Below are positions 1-8,405 of a DNA stretch of 64,000 nt, piece after piece. The stretch's first letter is position 1, and every line of letters starts with the position of its first letter. The position numbers and the translations under genes were made by a program. Source of the stretch: Bacteroidales bacterium (lineage in GTDB: Bacteria > Bacteroidota > Bacteroidia > Bacteroidales > UBA4181); contig JAISCQ010000196.1 in assembly GCA_031265445.1 (NCBI GenBank), forward strand, positions 1,663-65,662. Direction: 5' to 3'. The notes beneath the pieces were generated by a model that saw only the letters and a list, made by a program, of their open reading frames with translations, was not told the DNA's origin and did no database searches.

Positions 1-1976
1 GGATGAAACTGTCCGTCGCCGTCAGGCCCGATGCCTACCATAAAACTGCCGCCCTTGGCAACAGCATCGGCAAGGTTGGCGATGATCCACGAAGCGCCTT
101 TGTATTTGGAACCGTCCTTATCGTATGAAAATGATGAAGCCAGCGGATAGATCACCATCCAGGGCATATTGGTATTTTCCTTGCTGCCCGGGACAAATCC
201 TTCGGGAGTGTAATAGTCGCCGTAGTTACCGATTCCGCGGCAGCGAATCAGGATATCAGGCTGTAATTGCCGGATCATTTTGATGGTCGCTTTTGTTTCC
301 GGCCAGACGTCGGCGCCCAGCCACTGGTCGAGGCAGAGCATGTCTATTTTCCCGTAATTCGTGAGCAGTTCCCTCAGTTGTTCGCGGTGGCGCGCTACCA
401 AACGATTCGTTTCTTCCGGCGTGCGTTCGGGCGTCATTATTTTGGTGGAGTCGAAATGGATGTCGTTGCCGTACATGACGGTATTGGTCTTGACGCTCAG
501 CGTGGTCAGCGGATGACCGTTGTACGGCCTGAAATCGGCATCGTACCAGTCGGGATGCGAAAAGTAAAGGTCTGTTTTGATGCCGTTTTTCTGCGCAGCA
601 TCGGTAAGTTCCCTGACCACATCCCGTTTGAAAGGCGTTTCCATGATGCTGTACGCCACGTCGCAATCTTCAATGGGATTGTCCCTGTCGAGGTAGTTGG
701 CGCGCCTTTTGACGCGCGTTTTCGTGTCGAACATGGAGAAGCCTTCGTGATGCTTGGTGGTAAAAGCAAATGCCTGCAATCCGGAACGTTTAAAAAAGCT
801 CATCCATTCATCAGCGTCAAAGGCGGCGGGATGGAACGTTTTGTAGAGCTGGTTGTATTCCTGCTTCTTTTCGTCGGGCAGGTTAAGGAAGCCCCACGAT
901 TCGCCGTTCATTTGCCGGATGGAATATATTCCCCAGTGTATGCGAACCGAGAACTTGGTATCGCGGAACGCTTCGTGCGCCGCTTCCGAAGCATGGAGAT
1001 AATCCGGATCGGGTTCCCGTTCGACAAAAGGAGTTACTACCTTTAAATGGTAATCCGTTTCCGGCAAACAGATGTTGCGGTTCCGGTCGTGCACGACGGC
1101 TTCGGTCTGTTTTTTCGCTTCGTGGAACACAAACGGCGCTTTGCCTGTGAAATCGCTCGACGTAACGGTAGGACAGACGTATTTTTCGATATATTCGACC
1201 ATCAGCGCCAGTCCGCCCAAATGCGTCGTATAGGGATAGCGCCGGGGGTTGTACATCAAATCCGTCATATCGCGCATCAGTACAACGTTCATTCCCATTT
1301 TTTTCATGGCGCGGAGTCCGAAAGAGCGGCCGATGACGCACATATTGGTATGTACGCCCATCAGGATGACGTTTTTGATTTTTTTATTTTTGAAATAAGC
1401 GCCTATTTCAGCCCCGGAATCGCTGATCAAATCCCCGCCGGCAATGGTGAGCAGATCGGTTTGCCGGCTCCACACCCTGTGGGGCTGACATTCCGCATTC
1501 TCGCATCCTTCGTCGGACTGATCGATCGGCCATGCGGCGTTTTCTTCCGAAGGAAGTCTGTCTCCGTTTGCCAGTTTGGCTGTCTTTTTGTCTTTATATT
1601 GACTGATTTCTTTTCTGCCGGGATTATCTGTATAATGATCCATACAGTCGCTGGGCGCGTGGATGATTTTGATTCCCTGACGGCGTGCTGTCGCCAGCAG
1701 TTCGTTCATCGCCGGAGCCATTTCGGCAACACGCGCAGTGGCGCCGTCGCACCAGTGCCTGTCCCACATATCGCATATAATGATCGCCGTTTCATGCGGG
1801 TTCCAGTTTTCAATACGATTGCCGGTGATAAAACCGCCTTCACCCGATTCGGAAGGGATTCTGCTCTGCATGGAGATCCGCATGGACGGTACGGTTTTTT
1901 CCTGCGCCGTGACCATATTCTCCGGAGAGATACAGGCAACAGCAACGAATAACATCAATTTCAACAACTTTTCCAT
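1..1976 (-). CDS. Secreted two-domain enzyme whose C-terminus is cut by the window edge: an N-terminal isochorismatase-like cysteine-hydrolase domain fused to a GH29 alpha-L-fucosidase domain
   Basis: Absent from the ORF track because the frame runs off base 1. Manual minus-strand translation from ATG 1976..1974 gives MEKLLKLMLFVAVACISPENMVTAQE (signal peptide), then AIIICDMWDRHWCDGATARV and NVILMGVHTNMCVIGRSFGLRAM (isochorismatase-like), then FDADEWMSFFKRSGLQAFAFTTKHHEGFSMFDTKT (GH29 signature). The frame stays open to base 3. The long + ORFs 267..1046 and 1047..1952 are its antisense shadows. Confidence 0.8.
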   Translation of the reverse strand, partial: MEKLLKLMLFVAVACISPENMVTAQEKTVPSMRISMQSRIPSESGEGGFITGNRIENWNPHETAIIICDMWDRHWCDGATARVAEMAPAMNELLATARRQGIKIIHAPSDCMDHYTDNPGRKEISQYKDKKTAKLANGDRLPSEENAAWPIDQSDEGCENAECQPHRVWSRQTDLLTIAGGDLISDSGAEIGAYFKNKKIKNVILMGVHTNMCVIGRSFGLRAMKKMGMNVVLMRDMTDLMYNPRRYPYTTHLGGLALMVEYIEKYVCPTVTSSDFTGKAPFVFHEAKKQTEAVVHDRNRNICLPETDYHLKVVTPFVEREPDPDYLHASEAAHEAFRDTKFSVRIHWGIYSIRQMNGESWGFLNLPDEKKQEYNQLYKTFHPAAFDADEWMSFFKRSGLQAFAFTTKHHEGFSMFDTKTRVKRRANYLDRDNPIEDCDVAYSIMETPFKRDVVRELTDAAQKNGIKTDLYFSHPDWYDADFRPYNGHPLTTLSVKTNTVMYGNDIHFDSTKIMTPERTPEETNRLVARHREQLRELLTNYGKIDMLCLDQWLGADVWPETKATIKMIRQLQPDILIRCRGIGNYGDYYTPEGFVPGSKENTNMPWMVIYPLASSFSYDKDGSKYKGASWIIANLADAVAKGGSFMVGIGPDGDGQFH

Positions 1977-2185
1977 ATTATTTATCATTATTTATATTAT
2001 TTATCATTATTTACCGTTGAACAGGGTACGACAAAAATCCCTGCAAAACCGGAACAAAATTAATCAAAAAATAAACCGTAAAAACAATATTTAGCCTTAA
2101 AAACGGCTCATCCTTCCTGATCGCATCTCAAAGAATGAACCGTCGACAAAAACATTTTTTCAAGAACAATTATCTGATACGAAAT

Positions 2186-2286
2186 TTCCCATTTGGAGAA
2201 GGCAAATCCTCGCCCGGAGTGAAGACGTCTCCGCTTTTGGTGAAGACATCTCCGCCCGGAGTGAAGAATTTCCCGCTTTTAGCGAC
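2186..2286. repeat. Short element TTTGGAGAAGGCAAATCCTCGCCCGGAGTGAAGA followed by two tandem units of about 41 bp (CTC(C)GCCCGGAGTGAAGA...TCCCGCTTTT)
   Basis: Direct reading. A related copy lies at 4388..4430, in the equivalent position downstream of the duplicated gene. Confidence 0.7.
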
Positions 2287-2358
2287 AAAATATCAGTACC
2301 GAATCCGACGCCGGATTTGTCTGATTGATTTTGCCGCTTTACGGGATTTTTGCCAAAC

Positions 2359-4116
2359 TTATTTCACATTGTACCCTTTATCCTTATCAAATTCCAGAAA
2401 GCTCTCAAAAGAATAGGGCACATCTCCTACTTCGTGAATCCTTTTATAGATCAGCCACCGCGACTGCGCATTATAATAAACCCCCTCGCTTCCAAGGCTT
2501 ACCATGACCGAATGGTCTTCGGGACGCCATATACCTTTGGGTTCATAAAAACCGCCTTCGTAGGCTCCCACCTCTTCGTAACCCGGCAGCCCGATAAAAT
2601 CCTTCCAGGGAACCTGAGTCAGGTCGCTGGTAACGGAAACGTTCCAGCACTGATCGTTTCGCTGATGATCCCGCAGCCCCTCAACGCCTCCCATATAACC
2701 GGGAGTGGAAACATATTCGTCGGCCAGTGACGCAAATGCGTGACCGGTAAATTCATGCGCCATCCAATACGTGCTCACGCCTTCGTCGGTAGAGTATATG
2801 CCTATCCCGCCGCCTACCGCGCTGCCGAAATATGCATAACCGCCGATCATCCCATGACCTACAAAAATCCAGCAAGTGGTGGCGGGCAAACCACCCGGTA
2901 TCGCTTCCCGCGAAACCCGTTTCGCCGCATCAAAATCAGGCCCTACTCCCGAATTAAAAGCGGTTTTCGATCCCCTCACACACACCGACTCTTCCGATTC
3001 GACCACAACCGCATAAACATCGAACATATTCACAAGATCCTTGACAAGAGGGTTTGTTTTCAGAAAACAGTCCGCCAGTTCCCGGCTTACTCTGTCAAAT
3101 ATGCCGTCTCCCTTTTTATTGTCTACCCTGTCAAAGCCGTCTCCGATGATGACCACGGGAACTCCGCTGCCTACGGTATGTTCACTCAGCAGGATATACT
3201 CCTTATGATTCCAATAGTTGCCGGCACAGCCCTGAACAACCGGTATTTCTCTTGTATCGCCGCCCGTAGAAAACGTCAGGGCGCCGGTGCGATCTGAGGT
3301 TCCGGTATTTTCCGACGCGGAAACTTTGATCACCTGGGAGCCTATGCCGGTAGTTTGATCAACCTGTATCCAGTCGTTGCCGGCAACCGTCCACTGTGTG
3401 GACGAAATCACCCGTAATGAGCGGTAATTGCCTTTGTCCGACAAGTCAACCTGTTCGGAACCGAAGGAAAACCGGTTGGCTCCCTTGAGCTGCCTGACCG
3501 AACATGTAGCGCTGCGGGTTGCGGTTTTGAACACAATCTCTCCGTCCCGTATCCCCGAAGTAGTATTCATGCCGGCCGCAACGGTTATTGCAACGCTTCG
3601 TCCTCCGCCTCCTCTCGCAGGAGTTACCGTCAACCAGTCCGACGCTGATTCTAAAGTCCAGTCCGCATCGGATGAAACCGTAAATTTCACCTGATCGCCA
3701 TTATCCAAATCTTTCAGCTCCACTTCTTTTGAGGTGAGCGACAAATTTACCGTTTTCGATTGGGAGACGCTCACGCTTTGCTTGATGCTGCCGGCGATTA
3801 CTACCGCTTCGCCGGTGCGCGCGTCGCCGTCGTTGTTCTGGTCCACCGTTACGGTAACAACCGATTTACCGCTCCCGGTTTCGGGAGATACATGCAGCCA
3901 GCCCTGGTAACTCTGCACTTTCCAGTCGACATTGCTGTTGATCTCAAATGTCACAATTGCAGAGGTGTCGCCTTCAATGACAATCGCTTCCCTGTTGAGC
4001 TTCAGGGAAGGCTGCACGGTATCCTTGTCCTCACAGGCGGTAAAAACACAGAAATTCACTATTCCGGTGAACATAACCAGCGCTAATTTCGCTGCGATCC
4101 TTGACTTCATTTTCAT
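2359..4116 (-). CDS. Surface lipoprotein with three BACON domains and a C-terminal peptidase-M64-like (IgA-peptidase-like) metallohydrolase domain, paralog 1
   Basis: Track ORF 2359..4215, trimmed to ATG 4116 (MKMKSRIAAKLALVMFTGIVNFCVFTAC, lipobox). It has three repeats of the W..Q..WL.V.P..G.G...V.V.V type (BACON-like). The C-terminal domain carries VVIIGDGFDR and WMAHEFTGHAFASLADEY. Confidence 0.8.
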   Translation of the reverse strand: MKMKSRIAAKLALVMFTGIVNFCVFTACEDKDTVQPSLKLNREAIVIEGDTSAIVTFEINSNVDWKVQSYQGWLHVSPETGSGKSVVTVTVDQNNDGDARTGEAVVIAGSIKQSVSVSQSKTVNLSLTSKEVELKDLDNGDQVKFTVSSDADWTLESASDWLTVTPARGGGGRSVAITVAAGMNTTSGIRDGEIVFKTATRSATCSVRQLKGANRFSFGSEQVDLSDKGNYRSLRVISSTQWTVAGNDWIQVDQTTGIGSQVIKVSASENTGTSDRTGALTFSTGGDTREIPVVQGCAGNYWNHKEYILLSEHTVGSGVPVVIIGDGFDRVDNKKGDGIFDRVSRELADCFLKTNPLVKDLVNMFDVYAVVVESEESVCVRGSKTAFNSGVGPDFDAAKRVSREAIPGGLPATTCWIFVGHGMIGGYAYFGSAVGGGIGIYSTDEGVSTYWMAHEFTGHAFASLADEYVSTPGYMGGVEGLRDHQRNDQCWNVSVTSDLTQVPWKDFIGLPGYEEVGAYEGGFYEPKGIWRPEDHSVMVSLGSEGVYYNAQSRWLIYKRIHEVGDVPYSFESFLEFDKDKGYNVK

Positions 4117-4195
4117 TTTCTTCTTCTTGTTATTACTATTAATTATTATTATTATTATTATACTGCGCACGGCGTAATTTTGTGCGATGATTTTT

Positions 4196-4223
4196 GTAGA
4201 GACGTGGCATGCCACGTCTCTAC
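4196..4223. repeat. Perfect 28-bp palindrome GTAGAGACGTGGCATGCCACGTCTCTAC (hairpin, possibly a terminator or REP-like element)
   Basis: Read directly; the sequence equals its own reverse complement. It lies between the stop of the gene at 4474 and the start of the gene at 4116. Confidence 0.85.
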
Positions 4224-4387
4224 TATATCACAATTTTAGCCCGCGCATGGTATAATTTAATTACTATTATTATTAATTATTTACTTTAATGCGTTTAATA
4301 TTTAGCCCAAAACCGGTTCATTCTCTTTGAGATTGAGAACATCTCTCAGAAAAATGAACCGGAAAATCTTTACTCGAAAAAGGCAAT

Positions 4388-4430
4388 TCCCCCTCCTTTG
4401 GAGAAGGAAAAGCCTCGCTCGGAGTGAAAA
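4388..4430. repeat. Copy of the GGAGAAGG..CCTCGC.CGGAGTGAA element
   Basis: CCCCCTCCTTTGGAGAAGGAAAAGCCTCGCTCGGAGTGAAAA, compared with 2186..2225. Confidence 0.65.
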
Positions 4431-4473
4431 CAGTCATTGAAACTGAATACGACTTGCCTTTTTTGTATCAAAC

Positions 4474-6231
4474 CTATTTCGATTTCGTATTGTACGGCTT
4501 ATCGAATTCCAGAAAGCTCTCAAAAGTATAGGGTATACCTGCTACTTTGTGAATTCTTTCATAGATAAGCCACCGCGACTGCGCGTTATAATAAATCTCC
4601 CCGTTTCCCGGAAGTCCTACCATGATCGAATGTTCTTCGGGACGCCATATATCTTTGGGTTCATAAAAACCGCCTTCGTAGAAGCCTACCTCTTCGTAAC
4701 CCGGCCGCCCGATAAACCTCCCCCAGGGAGCCTGCTCCGGGTCTGTGGTAACAGAACAGTTCATGCACTGATAACTGTTCTGATACCCTATCAGTGTCGG
4801 AATGCCTCCCATATAACCGGCGTTTACATACTCGTCGGCCAGAGACGCAAATGCGTGACCGGTATATTCATGAGCCATCCAATACGTGCTCACGCCTTCG
4901 TCGGTAGAGTATACGCCTATTCCGCCGCCGTCCCGGTCGCCGAAATATGCATAACCGCCGATCATCCCATGACCTACAAAAATCCATGAAGTGGTGGCCG
5001 GCAAACCCGGTATCGCTTCCTTCGAAAACCGTTTCGCGGCATCGAAATCAACTCCTGTCGGCGCGTTAAAAACAGTCTTCGTTCCCCGCAATACGCCCGT
5101 CTCCGGCGATTCTGCCACAACCGCATAAACATCGAACATATCCGCAAGATCCTTGACAATAGGATTTGTTTTCAGAAAACAGTCCGCCAGTTCCCGGCTT
5201 ACTCTGTCAAATATGCCGTCTACTTTTTTATTGTCCACCCTGTCAAAGCCGTCTCCGATGATGACCAGGGGTACTCCGTTGCCCACGGTATGTTCACTCA
5301 GCCGGATATATTCCTTATTGTTCCAATAATTGCCGGCATAGCCCTGAACAACCGGTATTTCTCTTGTACTGCCGCCCACAGAAAACGTCAGGGCGCCTGT
5401 GCGATCTGAGGTTCCGGTATTTTCCGACAAGGCGGAAACTTTGATCACCTGGGAGCCTATGCCGGTAGCCGGATCAACCTGTATCCAGTCGTTGCCGGTA
5501 ACCGTCCACGGCGTGGACGAAATAACCCGTAAAAAGCGGTAATTGCCTTTGTCCGACAAATCAACCTGTGCGGAACCGAAGGAAAAGCGGTCTGCTCCCT
5601 TGAGCTGCCTGACCGAACACGTAGCGGTGCGGGTTGCGGTTTTGACCACAATCTCTCCGTTTCGTATCCCCGAAGTAGTATTCATGCCGGCCGTAGCAGT
5701 TACTACAACGGTTCTTCCGCCACTCCCTTTCGAAGGAGTCACCGTCAACCAGTCCGCCGTCGATGCTAAGGTCCATTCTACATCGGATGAAACCGTAAGC
5801 GTCACTTGGTCGCCATTATCCAAGTCATTCAGTTCCACTTCTTTTTTGGAAAGCGCCAAATTGATCGTTTTCGATTGGGAAACGCTCACGCTTTGCTTGA
5901 TACTTCCGGCGATCACTACCGCTTCGCCGGTGCGCGCATCGCCGGCGTTGTTCTCGTCCACCGTTACGGTAACAACCGATTTACCGCTCCCGGTTTCGGG
6001 AGATACATGCAGCCAGCCCTGATAACTCTGCACTTTCCAGTCGACATTGCTGTTGATCTCAAATGTCACAACTGCAGAGGTGTCGCCCTCAATGACAATC
6101 GTTTCCCTGTTTAACTTCAGGGAAGGCTGCACGGAATCTTTTTCCTTACAGGCGGTAAAAACACAAAAATTCACTACTCCGGTGAACATGACCAGCGCTA
6201 ACTTCGCTGCGATTTTTGACTTCATTTTCAT
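4474..6231 (-). CDS. Surface lipoprotein with three BACON domains and a C-terminal peptidase-M64-like domain, paralog 2 (tandem duplicate of 2359..4116)
   Basis: 585-aa ORF beginning MKMKSKIAAKLALVMFTGVVNFCVFTAC. It is collinear with paralog 1 and highly similar over the full length. Motifs LVIIGDGFDR and WMAHEYTGHAFASLADEY. Confidence 0.85.
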   Translation of the reverse strand: MKMKSKIAAKLALVMFTGVVNFCVFTACKEKDSVQPSLKLNRETIVIEGDTSAVVTFEINSNVDWKVQSYQGWLHVSPETGSGKSVVTVTVDENNAGDARTGEAVVIAGSIKQSVSVSQSKTINLALSKKEVELNDLDNGDQVTLTVSSDVEWTLASTADWLTVTPSKGSGGRTVVVTATAGMNTTSGIRNGEIVVKTATRTATCSVRQLKGADRFSFGSAQVDLSDKGNYRFLRVISSTPWTVTGNDWIQVDPATGIGSQVIKVSALSENTGTSDRTGALTFSVGGSTREIPVVQGYAGNYWNNKEYIRLSEHTVGNGVPLVIIGDGFDRVDNKKVDGIFDRVSRELADCFLKTNPIVKDLADMFDVYAVVAESPETGVLRGTKTVFNAPTGVDFDAAKRFSKEAIPGLPATTSWIFVGHGMIGGYAYFGDRDGGGIGVYSTDEGVSTYWMAHEYTGHAFASLADEYVNAGYMGGIPTLIGYQNSYQCMNCSVTTDPEQAPWGRFIGRPGYEEVGFYEGGFYEPKDIWRPEEHSIMVGLPGNGEIYYNAQSRWLIYERIHKVAGIPYTFESFLEFDKPYNTKSK

Positions 6232-6413
6232 TTTCTTCTGATTATTGATTGATGTATTAAATTGATATATATAAAGTTATTGACAACTCTGTTTTTGGTT
6301 TCGGATTTGCGGGACGTCTTCGTTCCACATCCTGTGGCGCCACCGTACCACGACCCGTGATAGCATGGGACCATGAGGTATGGTACTTCGCAGGTTCTAT
6401 CCTGCTTCGTATT

Positions 6414-6485
6414 GGAGACGCGATGCATCCATTCTGTTTAGAGACGCGATGCATCGTATTAGAGACGCGATGCATCGCGTCTCTA
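6414..6485. repeat. Three direct copies of (T)AGAGACGCGATGCATC, the last completed into a 26-bp palindrome TAGAGACGCGATGCATCGCGTCTCTA (6460..6485)
   Basis: Read directly. It shares the arms TAGAGACG / CGTCTCTA with the palindrome at 4196..4223. It lies just downstream of the stop at 6540 of the minus-strand gene. Confidence 0.85.
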
Positions 6486-6539
6486 CAGACCATCATGCCT
6501 GAAATATTTTTCACGTGAATGATCAACTTGATGCTGAAT

Positions 6540-8384
6540 CTATGGGATGATCCCCTGGTGTAACAAGCCGAAATAAACCAAACCGAAAAGACCGGCATTC
6601 CATCCCTGTAAGCGGAATCCCAAATTTTCGCCGGTCAGGCTGTTGATATGCTCGTTGGGCGACCAATCACCCGAAGCTACCAAATCGGCATTTGCTACTC
6701 TTTTGATCAAATCGACGGCTTCTTTTTCTTTTCCGATACGGATCCGCGCCCAGCAATCCATGAAACTCAGCCAGGGCCACACCGCACCGTTGTGGTACGT
6801 TGCCGGAGGATAACCGAATTCTGCCGGATAATACGGATAGGTTTCGCAAATCCCGTAAGGCGTCAGGCTCATTTCGTTTAACGCCGCGATCACGCTTCCG
6901 GCTTTTTCACGGGGAACGACATCAAACAAAATACCGATCGTCTGGTCTTGCAGGAGCTTTTCATTGACCTCTCCGTTTTTCCATATCTGGCAATAATACC
7001 GGCCATTCCAAAGACCGCCTTTTTCCACCGGCCGATTGATGAAGTCGAATCCCTTTTCGAATGCCGCTTCATATTTCCGGCGGCTTTCGTCATCATCGCA
7101 TTCCTTACTCAGGAATACCATCTGCCGAAGCGCCGCCAGATAGATCAGGCCCGAAAAAGGCGAATACTTGCGCTCTTCCACTCCTCTTACATCCTTCCAG
7201 TCGCCCCAGAAAGAAACCTGCACCGGCAATCCGTTCCCGTCAGTATCGCGCGAGACGAGCCAGTCCGTCGCTTTTTTCAGGGAGGGCCAGTAAGCAGACA
7301 GATCGCTTCTGTTGTGATATAACTGATAGAAACGGGCAATCCGTAAAATGAAAAAGGCATTGATATCGATATCGTCTTCCCGCTCAATCAGGGGAAGAAT
7401 GGTGGTTGGTATCTTACCGGACGGCTGCTGGGCGGCGATGCTTTCTTCGATCATCTTCTTTTCCGCATCCCGGAACAGCACCAAATGCAGCCAGGACGTC
7501 CAGTAACTGTCGCGCTGGTTTAACTCGCAGTATCCCATGGTCAGTATTTCGTTATTTTTGGTGCATTTGGTCAGGGATATCCCCGGAATCATGTACCAGC
7601 GCAGACAGGTATCCAGTTCCCGATCGCCGGTTTCCGGAACGGCACGGTCGAACAGTCGGGTTTTTGCTTTCAGCGCCGGCCAGGTACGGTACGCATAGGC
7701 CGTGATCTCCTCCACGTTCCGAAAGCGGTTTGCCGCGATCCAGTCCGGATCATAAAACGCCAGGAGAACGCGTATCTTTTTCTGTTGGCGCGGCTCCAAA
7801 ACAACCGGTATGGCCAGCTCCCCGTTTTCCCATACGGCGTCGGCGTCGCTTGTCAGCTGGAACACATCGTTCCCGACGCCCCGGTAATTCCCGACGCCGC
7901 ATGCCTGCGCTCCGTTCGCCGGGGACAGATCCGGCTTCAGCCTGATCCTGAAATCTTCCCGCTTGCCGGCGCCGGCGCAGTCTATCTCAAGAAGCAGGAC
8001 AGGCAGCGAAGACGTTTCCATGTCGTTCACCCCTAACGGGCAAAAAGCCTCTGTGGAGATACGGGCGGATATCGCCGGCGACTTCCGGTACGAACCTTTC
8101 ACAAAAGGGAAAACCCGGCTGATTTGTTTTTCTTTAAATTCGGAAAACAAATGTCGCCGGTTTTCTTTTTCGATATAGAAGGTCACGGCGCCCTGATCAT
8201 CCAGCCATTTGCCTAACTGACCTGGATTCCGGAGTATCTTCCCGAAGAAATCGCCGTTTGCCGAAGCATTGACCGTCAAAGCAAAATTGGCAAGCGGATA
8301 ACCGTCCGTGCGTTGTTCCGTATTTCCGGACAGGACGCCGCCCGCGCCCGTACACAATAGTAAAAAGATGATGATTCTGTTCAT
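6540..8384 (-). CDS. Secreted (alpha/alpha)6-barrel glycoside-hydrolase-like protein (GH116/DUF608-like or GDE_C-like)
   Basis: 614-aa ORF with signal peptide MNRIIIFLLLCTGAGG. The C-terminal half has FWGDWKDVRGVEERKYSPFSGLIYLAALRQM and YHNGAVWPWLSFMDCW, which are typical of six-hairpin glycosidases. The family assignment is by recall only. Confidence 0.6.
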   Translation of the reverse strand: MNRIIIFLLLCTGAGGVLSGNTEQRTDGYPLANFALTVNASANGDFFGKILRNPGQLGKWLDDQGAVTFYIEKENRRHLFSEFKEKQISRVFPFVKGSYRKSPAISARISTEAFCPLGVNDMETSSLPVLLLEIDCAGAGKREDFRIRLKPDLSPANGAQACGVGNYRGVGNDVFQLTSDADAVWENGELAIPVVLEPRQQKKIRVLLAFYDPDWIAANRFRNVEEITAYAYRTWPALKAKTRLFDRAVPETGDRELDTCLRWYMIPGISLTKCTKNNEILTMGYCELNQRDSYWTSWLHLVLFRDAEKKMIEESIAAQQPSGKIPTTILPLIEREDDIDINAFFILRIARFYQLYHNRSDLSAYWPSLKKATDWLVSRDTDGNGLPVQVSFWGDWKDVRGVEERKYSPFSGLIYLAALRQMVFLSKECDDDESRRKYEAAFEKGFDFINRPVEKGGLWNGRYYCQIWKNGEVNEKLLQDQTIGILFDVVPREKAGSVIAALNEMSLTPYGICETYPYYPAEFGYPPATYHNGAVWPWLSFMDCWARIRIGKEKEAVDLIKRVANADLVASGDWSPNEHINSLTGENLGFRLQGWNAGLFGLVYFGLLHQGIIP

Positions 8385-8405
8385 TTTGATGAAAGGTTTT
8401 AAGGG

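Noticed and set aside
267-1952. Two long + strand ORFs (267..1046, 259 aa; 1047..1952, 301 aa)
   Set aside because: Their composition is rich in R/F/H/V, and they have no recognisable motifs. They lie exactly antisense to a continuous, motif-rich minus-strand frame (isochorismatase-like plus GH29) that the track omits because it is edge-truncated.
2135-2416. A 93-aa ORF with SPGVKTSPLLVKTSPPGVK repeats
   Set aside because: It is a translation of the tandem intergenic repeat downstream of the M64-like gene and overlaps that gene's 3' end.
4117-4215. An N-terminal extension (MACHVSTKII...IIIIIIINSNNKKKK) of the 2359 gene
   Set aside because: It reads through the palindrome at 4196..4223 and the (ATT)6 tract. 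The duplicate gene starts at the homologous MKMKS.
6228-6598. ORFs 6228..6428 and 6257..6598 (peptides containing MHRVSNT)
   Set aside because: They are translations of the GAGACGCGATGCATC palindromic repeats in an intergenic region.
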